Notes: generated from the letters alone by a model not told the origin. 64,000 nucleotides of DNA from Syntrophales bacterium (GCA_963662405.2 CAXXKT010000001.1:448001-512000), one strand, 5' to 3'; numbered from the stretch's first letter, positions 51,686 to 62,995 are shown. Made by a program: numbers and translations.

Positions 51686-53719
51686 CTAGGCATACGGGAT
51701 CTTGAGCTTCTGACCCACATAGATCCGGTTTCGCGACCGGATTTTGTTGACCTGCATCAGGGCGCGGATCGTCGTGCCGTATTTCGAAGCGATCTCCTCC
51801 AGCCGGTCTCCTCGTTTCACCACGTACACCAACGGTTTCGCACACCGTTCGTTGGGAACACCGGCAGGTATCTTTAACCGCTGGCCAATCAAAATCCTGT
51901 TCCTGGTCCTGATACCGTTGGCCTGCATCAGGACCGTGACAGTCGTGCCGTAGTCACGGGCGATATCTTCAAGCCGATCGCCTCGTTTCACCACGTATAT
52001 CGGCGGCTTTGCGGGAGTCTTTTGCGCGGGGAGATCGGGAGTCAATTTCAGCCTCTGCCCAACCAAGATCCGGTCCTTCGAACTGATCACGTTGATCTCC
52101 ATCAGGGCCTTGACCGTCGTTCCGTAGTCACGGGCGATATCTTCAAGCCGATCGCCCCGCTTCACCACGTATACCGTCGGCTTTGCGGGAGTCTTTTGCG
52201 CGGGGAGGTCGGGAGTCAATTGCAGCCTCTGCCCAACCAAGATCCGGTCCTTCGAACTGATCGCGTTGATCTCCATCAGGGCCTTGACCGTCGTTCCGTA
52301 GTCACGGGCGATATCTTCAAGCCGATCGCCCCGCTTCACCACGTATACCGATGGCATAGGTACTTCGCGCCCGATGGGGACCTTCAACCGTTGACCGACA
52401 TAGATCCGGTTCTTGGACCTGATTTTGTTGACCTCCATCAGGGCGCGGATCGTCGTGTCGTGCCGTGATGCGATTTCTTTCAGGGTATCCCCACGCCGCA
52501 CCCGATACCGGGCATACTGCATGGCAGGTTTCTCCGGGGTAACGATCGTCCGGCACCATCCCTCATCCGGCGGATAAGAAAGGGGGAGAAAATCGTCGAT
52601 CGCATAGGCAATCGCCCACGCCATATCGATCTGGCCGGATGGAGACCGGAGCATCAGTTCCTCCCGCGAGTTTGAGATATAGGCGGTTTCTATGAGTAAG
52701 GAAGTAATATCGGGAAGTTTCAAGACCCTGAAGGGGGCCTCCTGGACCCGTGAAGCCCGGAGGTGATTGACACGCTTGATGCGTTTGAGGGCAATCGCGC
52801 CGAAGGCCTTTGAACGGTTCAATGTCTCCGTCTGCAGCATATTGAGTGCGATGTGATCAGAATCACCATTTCCGTTTCCCTTCTCGGAGCCACCGATAAT
52901 ATCCGAGAGGTTTTCGCTCTGTGCGAGGAGCTGTGCGGCTTCACTGCTCGCACCCCGCGTCGACAGACAGTACACGGATGATCCCCGAGCCCCTCTGCTC
53001 CGGCAGGCATCCGCGTGGATGCTGACGAAGATATCCGCACCATACTCTCGGGCAATCTTCCCCCGTTCTCTCAGGGAAATAAAATAATCGCCCTTTCTGG
53101 TAAGAAAGGCCTCGTATCCTCTCGCCTTCAGAATCTTCTGCAGGGTTTTTCCTATACCGAACACTACATCCTTCTCGCGCGTCCCCCGCCGTCCAATGGC
53201 ACCCGGGTCTTCCCCTCCGTGCCCCGGATCAATCACCACGACCTTTTTCTTCAGGACCTTTACCTGCTCCCGCTCTTCACTCTCCTGCTTCTCGACAGCG
53301 GGGAGAAAAACATCAATGACGATACGGTGCGGTTTATTGAGGATGATCCCCAGTTTGAACACCTTGGTCCTGACATCGTCCGTTATCTGCAGTTTCACCC
53401 TCGTCCCCCCGTCGGGGCGGGAGCGCAGAAGAATCCGCTCGACTGCGGGTTGATTGATATTGTAGGTATGGGGAAGGGTATCGCCCAGGACGGCGCCTTC
53501 CAAGTCGACAGAGAGGACGCGATTTCCCTCCACGACCGTGAAGGCGGTTTCACCGGTCAGGTCCAGGACCACCCGCGTATGATCGGGCGCCGTCCAATGT
53601 CTGACATTCAGGATATCGACCGATGCCACTGCCTCTGCACAGACCGCGCAGATTAGACATACTGCCAAAAAAAGAGTCTGTAGTATTCTCATTCTCTTTG
53701 AATCAAGCACCCCCCGCAT
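51686..53719 (-). CDS. N-acetylmuramoyl-L-alanine amidase (AMIN + Amidase_3 + five LysM)
   Basis: HTRVVLDL, VIDPGHGGEDPGA, FVSIHAD, SLLIETAYISN; five Y-x-V-[KR]-RGD-x-L-x2-IA LysM units. Confidence 0.92.
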   Translation of the reverse strand: MRGVLDSKRMRILQTLFLAVCLICAVCAEAVASVDILNVRHWTAPDHTRVVLDLTGETAFTVVEGNRVLSVDLEGAVLGDTLPHTYNINQPAVERILLRSRPDGGTRVKLQITDDVRTKVFKLGIILNKPHRIVIDVFLPAVEKQESEEREQVKVLKKKVVVIDPGHGGEDPGAIGRRGTREKDVVFGIGKTLQKILKARGYEAFLTRKGDYFISLRERGKIAREYGADIFVSIHADACRSRGARGSSVYCLSTRGASSEAAQLLAQSENLSDIIGGSEKGNGNGDSDHIALNMLQTETLNRSKAFGAIALKRIKRVNHLRASRVQEAPFRVLKLPDITSLLIETAYISNSREELMLRSPSGQIDMAWAIAYAIDDFLPLSYPPDEGWCRTIVTPEKPAMQYARYRVRRGDTLKEIASRHDTTIRALMEVNKIRSKNRIYVGQRLKVPIGREVPMPSVYVVKRGDRLEDIARDYGTTVKALMEINAISSKDRILVGQRLQLTPDLPAQKTPAKPTVYVVKRGDRLEDIARDYGTTVKALMEINVISSKDRILVGQRLKLTPDLPAQKTPAKPPIYVVKRGDRLEDIARDYGTTVTVLMQANGIRTRNRILIGQRLKIPAGVPNERCAKPLVYVVKRGDRLEEIASKYGTTIRALMQVNKIRSRNRIYVGQKLKIPYA
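52004..52350. repeat. 174-bp near-identical tandem duplication of a LysM-plus-linker unit
   Basis: Copies start at 52004 and 52178 with only a few substitutions. Confidence 0.9.
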
Positions 53720-54265
53720 ATTCGAAAGAAGCCTAGCAGTTTTATCACAAGTTTACAACCCCGCCTGAAAAGAGAAACCATCAATCCGTTCGGACATGAG
53801 GGGGCATGCCGATTTCTCAGAAAGTGCCATGGCGGTACGGAAAAAATCGTTCGAAGGAAGGGTACCGTCAAGGCAAAAAAGGCGTGAGAGGGGGAAGCAT
53901 GGTCTCAACGATCCAATATCATTGATATAACAGACAGATGCAAGCCGCCCGGAACGGTGGCCTTCCGGATTCGGTTGCGGGGGTAACAAGCCGCTCACGA
54001 AGGTATCATGAATCTCGGCGGAGCTGCCGTCGTGTCCCCCCCTTTTTCTGAACGTTTTATTCAACGGTATTGGACGTTTCGTTTAATCCGGCATACCGTT
54101 TTTGCGCTGTTTTATGCATTTCCGTTGATCCGGCTGTTCTATTAAAATCAGTGTTTTCAGTCTTTTACAACTATTCTTACCCTGACACTCCAAACTGGCA
54201 TGGTTCTTTCATTGCTAGAAGGGCAAAGGGAAAGATTCCTGGAAACAATGAAGGAGGATACAATC

Positions 54266-54541
54266 ATGAAACGGACAGTGCAGACAATCATCATGGCGGC
54301 CTTCGTGGTGCTCGTCACCGCTTCCTTCGGCTATGCCGAATATACCGCAACCAACGCGGCGGGCTTCCCCTACTTCCACCTCGGGTGCCTCATCGTTGGC
54401 GGGATGATCATCACCTCTCTGAAACACAAGTACTCGAAGCTGTACCTCAGCGAGGCGGTTGGTTCCTTCGCGCTCTACGCCGTCCTGGTAGCCCTCTTCA
54501 CGGCCCCGGTCGTGGGTGTGCTCAAGAACCTCGTCAGCTAG
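54266..54541 (+). CDS. Small membrane protein
   Basis: SD AAGGAGG; 91 aa; signal/TM segment plus two hydrophobic helices. Confidence 0.7.
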   Translation: MKRTVQTIIMAAFVVLVTASFGYAEYTATNAAGFPYFHLGCLIVGGMIITSLKHKYSKLYLSEAVGSFALYAVLVALFTAPVVGVLKNLVS

Positions 54542-54558
54542 AAAGTGATACGCGAGCA

Positions 54559-54819
54559 GTGATCACTACGCGGCACCATCATAACCCGATAAACTGGCGA
54601 TCGAATCTGACCCAGATCCTGCAGATCAGTGTATGGGGTTTTGTTATCGTCGTTTCATCGTTTCTGTTTCTCTATGTCGGCCGATGGATCGATATCACAT
54701 TCAATACTGAGCCTGCTTTCATGTTCGGCCTCTTCTTTCTTGCTATCGGCTTGTGTATCTGGCGGCTCTACGGAGAGGCTCGGCTCAACATGGAACGGCA
54801 GAAAAAAGAACGGCGATAA
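54559..54819 (+). CDS. AtpZ/ATPase-gene1-like small membrane protein
   Basis: GTG start; GRWIDITFNTEPAFMFGLFFL resembles the G-x-W-x-D-x2-F-x-T-x-P signature. Confidence 0.65.
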   Translation: MITTRHHHNPINWRSNLTQILQISVWGFVIVVSSFLFLYVGRWIDITFNTEPAFMFGLFFLAIGLCIWRLYGEARLNMERQKKERR

Positions 54820-54842
54820 TAGGAATACCCTTTACACACCAC

Positions 54843-54874
54843 AAAGCCCCCGCCTGAAAAGACGGGGGCTTTTC
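54843..54874. terminator. Bidirectional intrinsic terminator
   Basis: AAAGCCCCCG-CCTGAAAAGA-CGGGGGCTTTT between convergent genes. Confidence 0.85.
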
Positions 54875-54897
54875 TGTATTACACGGTGCGTTCGCCC

Positions 54898-56412
54898 TTA
54901 TTCATCCACCCAGTTGAGGGTCCGCTGGACCGCCTTCTTCCAACCACGATACTGCTCCTCCCGGTATGAATGTCCCACGGCGGGGAGCCATCGCTTATCC
55001 TCGGCCCAGTGTCGTTTCAACTCGTCCGGTCCGGACCAGAACCCTACGGCCAGCCCGGCCGCGTAAGCCGCCCCCAGTGCGGTCGTCTCGGAGATTACCG
55101 ACCGGATTACCGGAACTCCCAGCATATCCGCGATGAACTGCATCAGCATCTCGTTATACACCATCCCCCCGTCCACCTTGAGAGCGGAGAGGACGACACC
55201 CGAATCCTTGTTCATTGCCTCGACGATATCCTTCGTCTGGTAGGCGGTGGCATCCAGGACCGCCCGGGCCAGGTGTCCCTTGTTGACAAACCGGGTCAGT
55301 CCAACGATCACCCCACGCGCATCGCTCCGCCAGTAGGGGGCGAAGAGTCCCGAAAATGCGGGGACGAAATAGACCCCGCCGCTGTCCTCCACCATCCCGG
55401 CCAGATCTTCGATCTCAGCCGACTTCGATATCAGACCCATATTGTCCCGTACCCACTGGACAAGGGCCCCGGCGACGGCAATCGAGCCCTCGAGACAGTA
55501 AACCGGCTTGGCCTCACCTATCTGATAGGCGACGGATGTGATCAGACCGTGGGTTGACGGGATGGGCATCGTACCGGTATTGAGGAGCAAAAAGCAGCCC
55601 GTCCCGTAGGTGTTTTTGGCCTCCCCCATTTCGAAGCAGGCCTGCCCCACAAGGGCGGCCTGTTGATCTCCCAGGGCGCCGCAGACCGGGACCCGCGCGC
55701 CTACCGGTCCGTCCGGAGAGGTTGTCCCGCTGAAGTTTTCGTTGCTGGAGGGAACGATGGAGGGAAGCATCCGGCGAGGGATCTCGATGATATCCAAGAT
55801 CACATCGTCCCACGCGAGGGTATGGAGATCCATCAGCATGGTCCGGCTTGCGTTCGTCACGTCGGTTTCATGGACACCGCCGTCGGGACCCCCGGTCAGC
55901 CACCAGGTCAGCCACGTCTCCATGGTCCCGAAGAGGGCCTTTCCCTCGAGGGCATCCTCACGCACCCCGGGAATGGTGTCCAGGATCCACTTGATCTTGG
56001 GACCCGAGAAGTATGTCGCGATGGGGAGCCCCGTCTTCGCGCGGAAGCGGTCCTGCCCGCCTTCTTTGCTGAGTTCACCGCAGATCTCTCCCGTCCGGGT
56101 GCACTGCCAGACGATGGCGTTGGTGTATGGTTTCCCCGTCTCCCGGTCCCAGACGACCGTGGTCTCCCGCTGATTGGTGATCCCGATCGCCGCCAGGTTC
56201 TTCCCGGCGATCCCCGCCTTGGCCATGGCCCCGCGGATCACTTCCTGCGTGTTTCGCCATATCTCGATCGGATCATGTTCCACCCATCCGGCCCGGGGGA
56301 AAATCTGTTCATGTTCTTTCTGATCGACCGCAACGATCTTCCCGCTCTGATCGAAAATGATAAAGCGGGTACTCGTCGTCCCCTGGTCCACGGCACCGAC
56401 ATAGTTCGCCAT
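54898..56412 (-). CDS. glpK: Glycerol kinase
   Basis: [56 protein letters not shown]. Confidence 0.96.
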   Translation of the reverse strand: MANYVGAVDQGTTSTRFIIFDQSGKIVAVDQKEHEQIFPRAGWVEHDPIEIWRNTQEVIRGAMAKAGIAGKNLAAIGITNQRETTVVWDRETGKPYTNAIVWQCTRTGEICGELSKEGGQDRFRAKTGLPIATYFSGPKIKWILDTIPGVREDALEGKALFGTMETWLTWWLTGGPDGGVHETDVTNASRTMLMDLHTLAWDDVILDIIEIPRRMLPSIVPSSNENFSGTTSPDGPVGARVPVCGALGDQQAALVGQACFEMGEAKNTYGTGCFLLLNTGTMPIPSTHGLITSVAYQIGEAKPVYCLEGSIAVAGALVQWVRDNMGLISKSAEIEDLAGMVEDSGGVYFVPAFSGLFAPYWRSDARGVIVGLTRFVNKGHLARAVLDATAYQTKDIVEAMNKDSGVVLSALKVDGGMVYNEMLMQFIADMLGVPVIRSVISETTALGAAYAAGLAVGFWSGPDELKRHWAEDKRWLPAVGHSYREEQYRGWKKAVQRTLNWVDE

Positions 56413-56432
56413 CTTCACCCCCTCCTTTCTCG

Positions 56433-57281
56433 TCAGATGTGCTTCATGAGCCACGATTCCAGGTCATCCAGCACGTGGGCCCGCTGCTGTTTCTCTTCAT
56501 TGTATACCTCGTGGTACAGCCCTTCGTACAGGCGAAGCGTCTTGTCGGCGGCGGGGATTCCCTCGAAAAACTGTTTTGATGCGTCCACACTGGTCAGGTG
56601 ATCGTCCCCGGCAATCTGCATCAGGATGGGGAGTTGCATCTCAGAGACGGACCGATTCGCGGCCTCCATGGCCGCGATAAATTCGGTAAACCAGCGGGCG
56701 CTCACTCGCGCATGGACGAGGGGGTCATCGAGGTATGCGCGGACCACCGCTTCATCGTGGCTGATCTTCGACGCATCAAGGCCGTTGGGAAAACCGAAGG
56801 TCGGCCGGAGGGTCGAGAGGATCCGTGCGATACCGGTCAGGAGGGGAGATGGTTTTTGCGGCACCCCGAGGGCGGGAGATGAAATGATCAGGCCGTCGAT
56901 CACGTCCGGGAAACGAGCGGCGAACCGGAGGGCTATCAGCCCCCCCATGCTGTGTCCCAAGAGAAAGAGCTTCATCCCTTCGGGGAGATGCTCCCGGGAA
57001 TGACCGATCAGGGTGTGGAGATCATCGATATACTGGTAAAAGGAAGAGATATGCCCCCGGGGACCGTCGCTCCGGCCGTGCCCTCGATGGTCCGGGGCCC
57101 ATATGCTGATTCCCCGGGGAAGGAGCCGACCGGCAACGGTACCGTAACGCCCGGCATGTTCGCCCAGACCGTGGGCTATCACCAGGCGCGCTCGCTCGTC
57201 CTCGGCCCGGTATACTCGGTAGAAGATATTGAGTCCATCGGGACTCCTGAAGTGCTCGTGTCGCGCAGGATATTCCGGCAT
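56433..57281 (-). CDS. Monoacylglycerol lipase/lysophospholipase (alpha/beta hydrolase)
   Basis: [27 protein letters not shown]. Confidence 0.9.
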   Translation of the reverse strand: MPEYPARHEHFRSPDGLNIFYRVYRAEDERARLVIAHGLGEHAGRYGTVAGRLLPRGISIWAPDHRGHGRSDGPRGHISSFYQYIDDLHTLIGHSREHLPEGMKLFLLGHSMGGLIALRFAARFPDVIDGLIISSPALGVPQKPSPLLTGIARILSTLRPTFGFPNGLDASKISHDEAVVRAYLDDPLVHARVSARWFTEFIAAMEAANRSVSEMQLPILMQIAGDDHLTSVDASKQFFEGIPAADKTLRLYEGLYHEVYNEEKQQRAHVLDDLESWLMKHI

Positions 57282-57325
57282 CTCATCCCCTTTTCACCCT
57301 ACGTTGTTGTCACCGCGGCAGTCTT

Positions 57326-58094
57326 TTACGGTTCACCCCACCAGCGAGGGTTCCTTTTTTCGAGAAAGGCCATGGCCCCCTCGACAATATCTTCACTCGC
57401 GTGCATCTCTTCAAAGACGGCGGCACTCAGGTCGTACCCGCCCAGGCCACGATTGATCACCTCTTTCGTATAACGAACCGCCAGAGGACCCGCCCGACGC
57501 ATCTTCTTGGCCATATCGAGAGCCGCGGCAATCAGCCCGTCATGGGGGGACCACCTTATTGACGAGACCGATCCTGAGGGCCTCAGCGGCCGAGATACGT
57601 TCGCAGGTGATGATCAATTCCTTCGCCCGCGCCCTTCCGATTTCGTCTGCAAGCCGTATCATCGCGTAGGGGCAGACGGCGCCTCGGATCGGTCCGATAA
57701 ATCCGAACTCGGCCCGGTCGGATGCGATAATGATATCACACATCAGGGCGTACTCGGCGCCATGGCCGAGGGCGTAGCCGTTGACCGCCGCGATGGTGGG
57801 CTTGGGTGAATTGATCAGTTTGAGGATGGGGGATGCGCCGGACTTTGTGTCAAACTCCCTCCGGATCATCTCGGTCGTCTGTGACGGATTACTGAAGTCG
57901 GCCCCTGAGGAAAAGGCCTCCCCCGTCCCGGTCAGGATAATGAAGCGGATCGATTCATCCTCGTTGGCCCGGTCGATAACCGCGCCCATCTCTTCCGAGA
58001 GTTCAAAGGATATGGCATTCTTCTTTTCGGGACGGTTCAACCTGACAACGGCCACGTCTTCCCTCACTTCGTAGATGAGCGTTTGCAGGTTCAT
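57326..58094 (-). CDS. Enoyl-CoA hydratase/isomerase family protein (extra base near 57546)
   Basis: LNRPEKKNA, AFSSGAD, PTIAAVNGYALG, CDIII, GLVNKVV, SED...AFLEKR. Confidence 0.88.
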
Positions 58095-58122
58095 ACACTT
58101 TCCTTGAGCTTTGATTTTGCGT

Positions 58123-60762
58123 CTATTGCCTGTTCAGGATCTCTTCTCCTTTTGCCAGGGCCGCTTCCAGCTTTTCAGGCATGGGACCTCCGGCCTGGGC
58201 CATATCGGGGCGGCCACCCCCCTTCCCGCCGACGACCGGCGCGATCTCACCGACGATCTTTCCCGCGTTGTAGCGGTTCGTCAGATCCTTTGTCACCATG
58301 CACAGGAGGATTGCCTTGTCCCCCCCGCGGCTCCCCAGAAGGATGATCCCGGAGGAAAGCTTGTCCCGTACCTTATCGCCGAAATCGCGGAGGGTTTTCA
58401 CATCCGGCGCATCAACCAGGGTCGCGAGCACCTTGACTCCCTTGATCTCCTTGACCCCACCGAGAAGATCGGAGGAATCCTTCGCCGCCAGTTTTCCCTT
58501 GAGGGCATCAATCTCCCGTTCAAGATCCCGTTGGTTTTTCAACAGCCGCTCGACCCGCTGATTCAGCTCCAGGGGAACCGCCTTGACAAGCCGGGCCGAG
58601 GACTTCAGTTCTTTTTCTATCGCTTCGGCGTATTTGACCGCCTCTCCCCCGGTCACCGCCTCGATCCTCCTCACGCCGGCGGCGACGGATGATTCACCGA
58701 CCACCTTGAGGAAACCGATATCGCCGGTCCTGAGAACATGGGTCCCGCCGCACAGCTCCATGCTGTAATCTCCCATCCGGACGACACGAACGGACTCGCC
58801 GTATTTCTCGTCGAAGACGGCCGTCGCGCCGGTCTGCATCGCCTCTTCGCGGGGCAAGATCCGGGTATCGACCGGTATATTGCTCCTGATGTAGGCATTG
58901 GCGATCCGTTCGACCTCTTCCATCTCCTCGTCTTCGATCTTCGCGAAGTGGGTGAAGTCGAACCGGAGGCGCTCCGCATTCACAAGAGACCCGGACTGGG
59001 TGATATGGTCTCCCAGCACTCGCTTCAACGCGGCCTGGAGGATGTGGGTCCCCGAGTGATTCGCCTCGATGGCCCGGCGGATCCCCGCGTCCGTCTTCAG
59101 GTCGACGGCATCGCCAACGGCAAGGGTCCCCCGTTTCATCTTTCCGATGTGGGTAAAGAGATCGTCCAAAGGTTTCTGGGTATCCCACACGTCAAAGAGA
59201 GTCGAGCCGCTTTCGATGATCCCGACATCTCCGATCTGTCCTCCGATCTCACCGTAGAAGGAGGTCTTATCGACGAATATCTCGCCCCGTTCACCTTCCG
59301 CGAGGGCGTCGACCCGCTGGTCGTCCTTCAGGATGGCGACGACCCGCGCCGTGGCCTCGGTATTCCCCTCGTACCCCACAAATTCCGTCCTGATTCCATC
59401 CATGGAAACCTTTCGGTAGACATCGGCGACTTCCTCCTCCCCGCTCCCCTTCCAGGCCTCCCGCGCCTTGCTGCGCTGGTTTTCCATGGCGGCATCGAAC
59501 CCGACGATATCCAACGTGAGGTCCCGAGATCGGGCGACCTCGGCCGTCAGGTCGGTGGGAAAGCCAAAGGTGTCGTAGAGGCGAAAGACCACATCGCCGG
59601 GAATGACGGCACTCCCCTCTTCCTTGAGCGATTTGATCTCATCCTCCAGGATCTTCAGACCGGTATCGAGGGTCTCCATGAAGCGTTGTTCCTCGTTGAC
59701 AACAACCTTCCGTATATAAGACTCCTTGTCGGTCATCTCCGGATAGCAGTCCCGCATCTTCTCGATCACCACCGGAACCAGATCGTGCAAAAACGGCTTG
59801 TTCAGCCCCAGAAGCTTGCCGAAACGGGCGGCACGGCGCAGGATTCGCCTGAGGACATACCCCCTCCCCTCATTGCTCGGGAGGACACCGTCACCGATGA
59901 GAAAGGTAACGGCACGACAGTGGTCGGCAATGACCCGGATCGCGATGTCGTCCTCGTCATTTTCTCTGTACTTTCTCCCCGACACACATTCAATATGTTG
60001 AATGATTTCATGAAAAAGATCGCAGTCGTAGTTGCTGGTCACCCCCTGCATCACAGCCGCCAACCGCTCGAGCCCCATCCCCGTATCGATATTCGGGTTG
60101 GGAAGGGGAGTCAGGGTCCCGGAGGCATCGCGGTCGAACTGAGTGAAGACGAGATTCCACACCTCGACAAATCGTCCGCATTCGCACTCGACATTACAGT
60201 CCGGTCGGCCGCAGCCAACTTTTTCACCCTGGTCGTAATGGATCTCCGAGCACGGGCCGCAGGGGCCGGTATCCCCCATGGTCCAGAAGTTGTCCTTCTC
60301 GCCCAGACGGAGGATCCGCTCGGCGGGGACCTTCATCTTTGTGTTCCATATCTCAAAGGCCTCGTCGTCGTCCTTGTATATGCTGACCCACAACTTGTCC
60401 GTGGGGAGCCCCATCACCTCCGTCAGGAACTCCCATCCCCAGGTGATGGCCTCATCCTTAAAATAGTCACCGAATGAAAAGTTCCCCAGCATCTCGAAAA
60501 AGGTGTGGTGCCGGGCCGTATACCCGACGTTCTCCAGGTCGTTGTGCTTTCCCCCGGCCCGGACACACTTCTGTGACGTTGCCGCTCGCTTGTATCCACG
60601 ATCCTCCTGCCCCAGAAAAAGATTCTTGAACGGGACCATCCCCGCGTTTGTGAAGAGGAGCGTAGGGTCCTCCTTCGGAATCAGCGAAGAGCTGGAGACG
60701 ATCGCATGCCCCCGCTCCTTGAAATACGCAAGAAACTTCTCTCTGATCTCACTGCCCGTCAT
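58123..60762 (-). CDS. alaS: Alanine--tRNA ligase
   Basis: DPTLLFTNAGM, HHTFFEMLGNFSFGDYFK, DTGMGLER, NHSGTH, ELCGGTH, GGGRPDMAQAGG. Confidence 0.97.
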   Translation of the reverse strand: MTGSEIREKFLAYFKERGHAIVSSSSLIPKEDPTLLFTNAGMVPFKNLFLGQEDRGYKRAATSQKCVRAGGKHNDLENVGYTARHHTFFEMLGNFSFGDYFKDEAITWGWEFLTEVMGLPTDKLWVSIYKDDDEAFEIWNTKMKVPAERILRLGEKDNFWTMGDTGPCGPCSEIHYDQGEKVGCGRPDCNVECECGRFVEVWNLVFTQFDRDASGTLTPLPNPNIDTGMGLERLAAVMQGVTSNYDCDLFHEIIQHIECVSGRKYRENDEDDIAIRVIADHCRAVTFLIGDGVLPSNEGRGYVLRRILRRAARFGKLLGLNKPFLHDLVPVVIEKMRDCYPEMTDKESYIRKVVVNEEQRFMETLDTGLKILEDEIKSLKEEGSAVIPGDVVFRLYDTFGFPTDLTAEVARSRDLTLDIVGFDAAMENQRSKAREAWKGSGEEEVADVYRKVSMDGIRTEFVGYEGNTEATARVVAILKDDQRVDALAEGERGEIFVDKTSFYGEIGGQIGDVGIIESGSTLFDVWDTQKPLDDLFTHIGKMKRGTLAVGDAVDLKTDAGIRRAIEANHSGTHILQAALKRVLGDHITQSGSLVNAERLRFDFTHFAKIEDEEMEEVERIANAYIRSNIPVDTRILPREEAMQTGATAVFDEKYGESVRVVRMGDYSMELCGGTHVLRTGDIGFLKVVGESSVAAGVRRIEAVTGGEAVKYAEAIEKELKSSARLVKAVPLELNQRVERLLKNQRDLEREIDALKGKLAAKDSSDLLGGVKEIKGVKVLATLVDAPDVKTLRDFGDKVRDKLSSGIILLGSRGGDKAILLCMVTKDLTNRYNAGKIVGEIAPVVGGKGGGRPDMAQAGGPMPEKLEAALAKGEEILNRQ

Positions 60763-61297
60763 TATTGTATCTCTCCTTGATTTCCACTATGCCCGACGGA
60801 GCAGGATCATCCATGTTACAGGCATTTCCCATCTCTCTGAGCACGTCCAGTATCTTACCTACGGGGAATCCTCTCCCCGCGAGGCTCTGCATCAACCGCC
60901 TCTTTCCTTTATACGAAAAGACCTCGCATGCCGGCTGACTGCGCAATCTCTTTTCAACCAGCTCCCGTATGGCGCACCACTCGCTTTTTCCTTCCCTCGC
61001 TTCGGTAATGGCCTCGTCTATCAGGTCACGGGAGATCCCCTTTTCATTCAGGGCCGCCACTATCTTCCGGTCACCCCACAGCCTGTCTGCGGCGAGGCCC
61101 TTCGCACGCTGACCCGCAAAATTCCTGTCGTCCAGATATCCAAGATCGCAAAACCTGTCAATAACCTTTTTGGTGACGGCATCACCAAAGCCCTGGTCCG
61201 CGAGCTTAGAGCGCACCTCCTCCACGCTTCTGCTCCTGTATGCAAGGTAGCGCAGCGCCTTTTGGCGCGCCTTCTCATACAGAGGATCATCATCCAC
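60749..61297 (-). CDS. recX: Regulatory protein RecX
   Basis: ALRYLAYRSRS...GYLDD, L-x2-KG, LAGRGF; downstream of recA. Confidence 0.9.
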   Translation of the reverse strand: MDDDPLYEKARQKALRYLAYRSRSVEEVRSKLADQGFGDAVTKKVIDRFCDLGYLDDRNFAGQRAKGLAADRLWGDRKIVAALNEKGISRDLIDEAITEAREGKSEWCAIRELVEKRLRSQPACEVFSYKGKRRLMQSLAGRGFPVGKILDVLREMGNACNMDDPAPSGIVEIKERYNNDGQ

Positions 61298-62325
61298 TAT
61301 TCAGACTCCGGCTCTCCGACTCGCTCCCTCTTCAGGTTGAACCGCTCTGAGACCTCCTCCGAGATCCGTGCCATGACATCGGGGTTCTCTTTCATGAATG
61401 TCCGGGCATTCTCTCTCCCCTGTCCGATCCGCTCCCCCCCGTATGAATACCAGGCCCCCGATTTCTCGACAATCCCGCTCTCGGCCGCCAGATCGAGCAG
61501 ATCACCCTCTTTCGAGATACCCTCCCCGAAGATGATATCGAACTCCGCTTCCTTGAATGGGGGAGCCAGTTTGTTTTTCACCACCTTGACCCGGGTTCTG
61601 TTCCCGATGACATCCTGCCCCTGTTTGATGGCGGAGACCCGGCGGATATCGAGGCGCATGCTCGAATAGAACTTGAGGGCATTCCCCCCCGTTGTCGTCT
61701 CCGGGTTGCCGAAAAAGACCCCGATCTTCATCCGCATCTGGTTGATGAAGATGACCGTCGTCATCGTCTTGCCGATGGTCCCGGTCAGCTTCCTCAGGGC
61801 CTGAGACATGAGCCTGGCCTGGAGTCCCATCTGCGCGTCTCCCATATCGCCTTCCAGTTCCGACCGGGGAACCAATGCCGCAACGGAATCGATCACGAGG
61901 ATATCGACCGCACCGCTTCTGACCAGGACCTCGGCGATCTCCAGCGCCTGTTCTCCCGTATCCGGCTGCGATATGAGAAGGTCATCCGTATTCACACCGA
62001 TCTTGCGGGCATACCCCACATCCAGGGCGTGTTCCGCGTCCACAAAGGCAGCAAGGCCACCCCTCTTTTGGGCCTCCGCGACGATATGGAGCGAAAGCGT
62101 GGTCTTCCCCCCCGATTCGGGACCGAATATCTCGATCACCCGCCCCCGGGGGATACCGCCGACACCGAGAGCAATATCGAGACTGATGGAACCGGTCGGC
62201 GTGGCAGGGACATCGGTTATGACCTCATCTCCCCCCAGCCTCATGATGGAGCCCTTCCCGAACTGCTTTTCAATCTGGGTTATGGCCAGCTCCACAGCCT
62301 TTTCCCTCTCCGCATCAGACCTCAT
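61297..62325 (-). CDS. recA: Recombinase RecA
   Basis: [44 protein letters not shown]. Confidence 0.98.
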   Translation of the reverse strand: MRSDAEREKAVELAITQIEKQFGKGSIMRLGGDEVITDVPATPTGSISLDIALGVGGIPRGRVIEIFGPESGGKTTLSLHIVAEAQKRGGLAAFVDAEHALDVGYARKIGVNTDDLLISQPDTGEQALEIAEVLVRSGAVDILVIDSVAALVPRSELEGDMGDAQMGLQARLMSQALRKLTGTIGKTMTTVIFINQMRMKIGVFFGNPETTTGGNALKFYSSMRLDIRRVSAIKQGQDVIGNRTRVKVVKNKLAPPFKEAEFDIIFGEGISKEGDLLDLAAESGIVEKSGAWYSYGGERIGQGRENARTFMKENPDVMARISEEVSERFNLKRERVGEPESE

Positions 62326-62395
62326 AGCGACCTCCTCTTATCGGCATCTCGTGCCGTCCGTCAAAAAATAGTATCGAAGGATAAAATTCATACAA

Positions 62396-62995
62396 TCAAC
62401 AATCATCGGCCCGGCGCGTTCCCCCGAAGAGAAACCGGGCAAGCGCCGTATATAGCGGACCGCCGGGTCGCAGATCACTCTTGAAAAGGACCAGGTCCGT
62501 TGCCTCGAATCGGTGTCCGCTCAGATCTCCCACCATATCGGGAAGAGACGCGGCGCCCGAAACGCCGTCACGCGACCGGGCCCTCCCCAGGGTCAGGTGC
62601 GCCGTGAACTTTCTCTTTTCCACCGGGAAACCGCACACCGCCAGGTCCTTTTCAATCGCCGCCTGTAGGTCCACCAGCCTGCCGGTCTCCCCCCCGACAC
62701 CGAGCCACAGGACCCCCGGGCGACTCAGACCGGGGAATCCCCCCAGCGTATCCAGGGAGAGCTTCAATGGAGGAGTATCCCGGGTGTGTCTTTCAACGGC
62801 CTCTGAAATACAGCCCACATCTCCCGGGGAGATATCGCCGAAAAACTTCAGCGTAAGATGCATCCCCTCCGCCCGTGTCCAGCGCACCCCCCGCACCACG
62901 GGGCGCAATTCCTCTTTGACTTTTTCTATCCGGTCCCGGATATCCCGCGGAAGTTCTATCGCCAGAAACGACCGTATGGGTTTCGTATCTCCCAT
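62396..62995 (-). CDS. thpR: RNA 2',3'-cyclic phosphodiesterase (2H family)
   Basis: Two H-x-T motifs HLTLKF and HLTLGR; R-x-F-x-A N-terminus. Confidence 0.92.
   Translation of the reverse strand: MGDTKPIRSFLAIELPRDIRDRIEKVKEELRPVVRGVRWTRAEGMHLTLKFFGDISPGDVGCISEAVERHTRDTPPLKLSLDTLGGFPGLSRPGVLWLGVGGETGRLVDLQAAIEKDLAVCGFPVEKRKFTAHLTLGRARSRDGVSGAASLPDMVGDLSGHRFEATDLVLFKSDLRPGGPLYTALARFLFGGTRRADDC

Noticed and set aside
54195..54212. Sigma54-like TGGCATGGTTCTTTCA
   Set aside because: The -12 position is TC rather than the near-invariant GC
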